Assembly (NCBI GenBank): GCA_039208735.1
Contig: JBCCQY010000124.1
Coordinates: 1-27,059 of the forward strand
DNA: 27,059 nucleotides
Reading direction: 5' to 3'
Source: Myxococcota bacterium
Lineage (GTDB): Bacteria; Myxococcota_A; UBA796; GCA-2862545
The notes under the pieces were generated by a model that saw only the letters and a program-made list of their open reading frames with translations, was not told the origin of the DNA and did not search any database. The position numbers and the translations under genes are program-made. Shown here one piece after another: positions 24,913 to 27,059 of this stretch (the first letter of the stretch is position 1; every line of letters begins with the position of its first letter).

Positions 24913-25877
24913 TCGACCGGCTACTCGAAGGTGAACACCTGGAAGAACCTGAAGCCATGGCGTTGGTGGGCGTGCTGACGCGCGAGGAGGCTCCGGAGGC
25001 GCTCAAAGCCGGGCTCCTGGTCGCATTGCGGGCCAAAGGCGAAACGGCGACGGAACTCCGAGGCATGGCCAAGGCCCTGCGCAACGCAGCCGTGCCCATC
25101 GAACTCGGTGCAGTGCTCGACTCCGCGGGCACCGGAGGCGACGGCAAAGGCACGGTCAACCTGTCGACCGCCGCCGCCCTCGTGGTGGCCGCAGCCGGGT
25201 ACCCGGTGGCAAAGCATGGCAACCGGTCGGTGTCGAGCCGCTCCGGCAGCGCCGACGTGCTCGAGGCGCTGGGCATTCCCTTGCGCGCCGATGCGACCCA
25301 GGCCAAGGCCCAATTCGATGCCCATGGATTCACGTTCCTGTTCGCACCGACCTTCCACCCCTCGATGAAAGCGGTCGCGACGGTTCGTCGGGGCATGGGC
25401 ATCCGGACCGCGTTCAACCTGATTGGCCCCCTTTCGAACCCTGCTCGGCCCGCCACCCAGCTGATTGGCGCCTTCGATCGTGATGTGGCCGAGCGACTGG
25501 CCTATGCGTCGGTGGGCCTGGTCCCTCGGGCATTCGTGGTGCATGGATTGTCCGGCCACGACGAAGCCACCCCCATCGGTCCCTTTGTTCGGTTCGCGGT
25601 CGAGGGCACCACCGTCTCGGAGGCGACCATCGACCCGAAGGAGCGCTACGGCGTGCCCCGATGCACGCCCGATGCCCTGAAGGGCGGCGACGCTTTGGAC
25701 AATGCGGCGCGGCTCACCGAGGTGTTCCGGGGAGCCCGAGGCCCCATCCGCGATGCGGTGGTGCTGAATGCGGCGTTGTTGCTTGAAGCGCACGGCGTGG
25801 CCGACGCCTTCCCTCGCGTGACCGCGGCCCTCGATGACGGGGCGGTGCATGCCTTAGTGGAGGCGCTTCGTGGCTGA
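24909..25877 (+). CDS. trpD: Anthranilate phosphoribosyltransferase
   Basis: GTGGDG, NLST, KHGNRSVSSRSGSADVLEALG, FLFAPTFHP and RTAFNLIGPL. GTGA overlap with trpG. Confidence 0.96.
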   Translation: MIDRLLEGEHLEEPEAMALVGVLTREEAPEALKAGLLVALRAKGETATELRGMAKALRNAAVPIELGAVLDSAGTGGDGKGTVNLSTAAALVVAAAGYPVAKHGNRSVSSRSGSADVLEALGIPLRADATQAKAQFDAHGFTFLFAPTFHPSMKAVATVRRGMGIRTAFNLIGPLSNPARPATQLIGAFDRDVAERLAYASVGLVPRAFVVHGLSGHDEATPIGPFVRFAVEGTTVSEATIDPKERYGVPRCTPDALKGGDALDNAARLTEVFRGARGPIRDAVVLNAALLLEAHGVADAFPRVTAALDDGAVHALVEALRG

Positions 25878-26685
25878 TGCACTCCCCCCCGTCCTCGAGG
25901 AACTTGGCCACCGGGCTCGGCAACGCGCCGATCAGCTCGATCGCCGCACCCTGCTCGCCCAACTCCGCGACGCCCCGTCCATCGTCAACCTCAAACTGGG
26001 TCCCTTCGGAATCATCGCGGAATTCAAATCCGCTTCGCCCTCGGCCGGCGCCCTGACCGCGCCCGGATCGCGCGACACCCAAGTGCTGGCCTACGCGGAA
26101 GGAGGGGCCGCCGCGATCAGCGTGCTCACCGAACCCACGCGGTTTGGTGGCTCCCTCGACGACCTTCGCGCGGTCGCGGCATTGGTGAATCGTCCGGTGC
26201 TCCGTAAGGACTTCGTGGTCGACCCCCTGCAGGTCCTCGAAGCGCGCGCCGCCGGGGCGAGTGGCGTGCTCCTCATGGCCTGCCTGCTGGACGATGACCC
26301 CCTGGTTGCGCTGGTCGACAAAGCCGGAGAGCACGGACTGTTCGTGTTGGCTGAGGCGCATGACGAAGCCGAACGGGCTCGGGTGATGGACGCCTTTCGC
26401 AGGGTGGGGACTTCGCCTGACTTGGGGCTCGTCGGCATCAACACCCGCGATTTCACAACGTTGACCACCCATTTGGACCGGCTTGCCGCACTTGCGCCAC
26501 CCTCGACCTCCACGCGACCATGGGTGGCGGAAAGCGGGTTGTCTTCCCCCGAAGACGCGGCCATGGCGTCCCGTCTGGGGTACCGATTGGGCCTGGTGGG
26601 CACCGCCCTGATGCGGTCGGACAACCCGGCCCAGGCGCTGCGTGACCTCATTGCGGCCGGACGCCGCGCTCGGGAGGTCGCATGA
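25870..26685 (+). CDS. trpC: Indole-3-glycerol phosphate synthase
   Basis: IIAEFKSASPSAG, ISVLTEP..FGGS, PVLRKDF, GINTRD, VAESG and LVGTALM. Confidence 0.95.
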   Translation: MADALPPVLEELGHRARQRADQLDRRTLLAQLRDAPSIVNLKLGPFGIIAEFKSASPSAGALTAPGSRDTQVLAYAEGGAAAISVLTEPTRFGGSLDDLRAVAALVNRPVLRKDFVVDPLQVLEARAAGASGVLLMACLLDDDPLVALVDKAGEHGLFVLAEAHDEAERARVMDAFRRVGTSPDLGLVGINTRDFTTLTTHLDRLAALAPPSTSTRPWVAESGLSSPEDAAMASRLGYRLGLVGTALMRSDNPAQALRDLIAAGRRAREVA

Positions 26686-27059
26686 TCAAGATCTGCGGTC
26701 TGACGCATCCCGAGGCAGTGCAGCACGCCATCGACGCTGGCGCTGACGCCATTGGCATCGTTTTGGCCCAGGGCTCCCCTCGCACCATCCGCGACCCCAG
26801 GCCCTTGCTTGCCGTCTGCAAAGGCGTGGTGCGGGTCGCGGTCTTTCGCGCCTACACGGGGCAGCCCGTCGAGGGCTTCGACCTTGTGCAGGCCTTCGCC
26901 TTTGATGAAGTCCCCCCGCTTCCCCGCCTGCCCGCATTTCGCGACCGCACCGCCGAGCACCCTGGCCTGACCGAAGCACTGGCCCAGGGCGACGACACCC
27001 CGATCGGCCGGGCCGTCTTGGATGGTCCGGGAGGCGGTGGGCAGGGCATCACCGCCGAC
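26682..27059 (+). CDS. trpF: Phosphoribosylanthranilate isomerase (partial; runs off the window)
   Basis: MIKICGLT, GADAIGIV, SPR and LDGPGGGGQG. ATGA overlap with trpC. Confidence 0.88.
   Translation, partial: MIKICGLTHPEAVQHAIDAGADAIGIVLAQGSPRTIRDPRPLLAVCKGVVRVAVFRAYTGQPVEGFDLVQAFAFDEVPPLPRLPAFRDRTAEHPGLTEALAQGDDTPIGRAVLDGPGGGGQGITAD

Noticed and set aside
1..27059. CRISPR arrays, tRNA/rRNA, integrases, defence systems
   Set aside because: No regularly spaced repeats, cloverleafs or recognisable motifs were seen by eye.

Overview
High-GC bacterial DNA. The gene content (Hanks kinases, Cys-rich lipoproteins, FadL) suggests a diderm, probably Myxococcota; this is inference. From left to right: an orphan periplasmic-binding lipoprotein, a minimal Ser/Thr kinase, a frameshifted helical-repeat gene coupled to a DJ-1/PfpI gene, a 2443-aa pseudokinase fused to about 19 tandem ~74-aa helical repeats, and a 38-aa membrane peptide coupled to a DUF547 lipoprotein. 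Next is a candidate lipid/hydrophobic-substrate uptake locus: a START/SRPBCC protein, a diiron 'metal-dependent hydrolase', TetR, two paralogous ~550-580-aa lipoproteins of unknown family and a FadL barrel, with operator palindromes. Then LysR, three hypothetical genes, and a trpL(4xTrp)-trpE-G-D-C-F operon. Its attenuator has no U-tract and appears to act by hiding the trpE ribosome-binding site. Several exported proteins have unusually short signal peptides without basic residues. No rRNA, tRNA, CRISPR array or mobile element was recognised.
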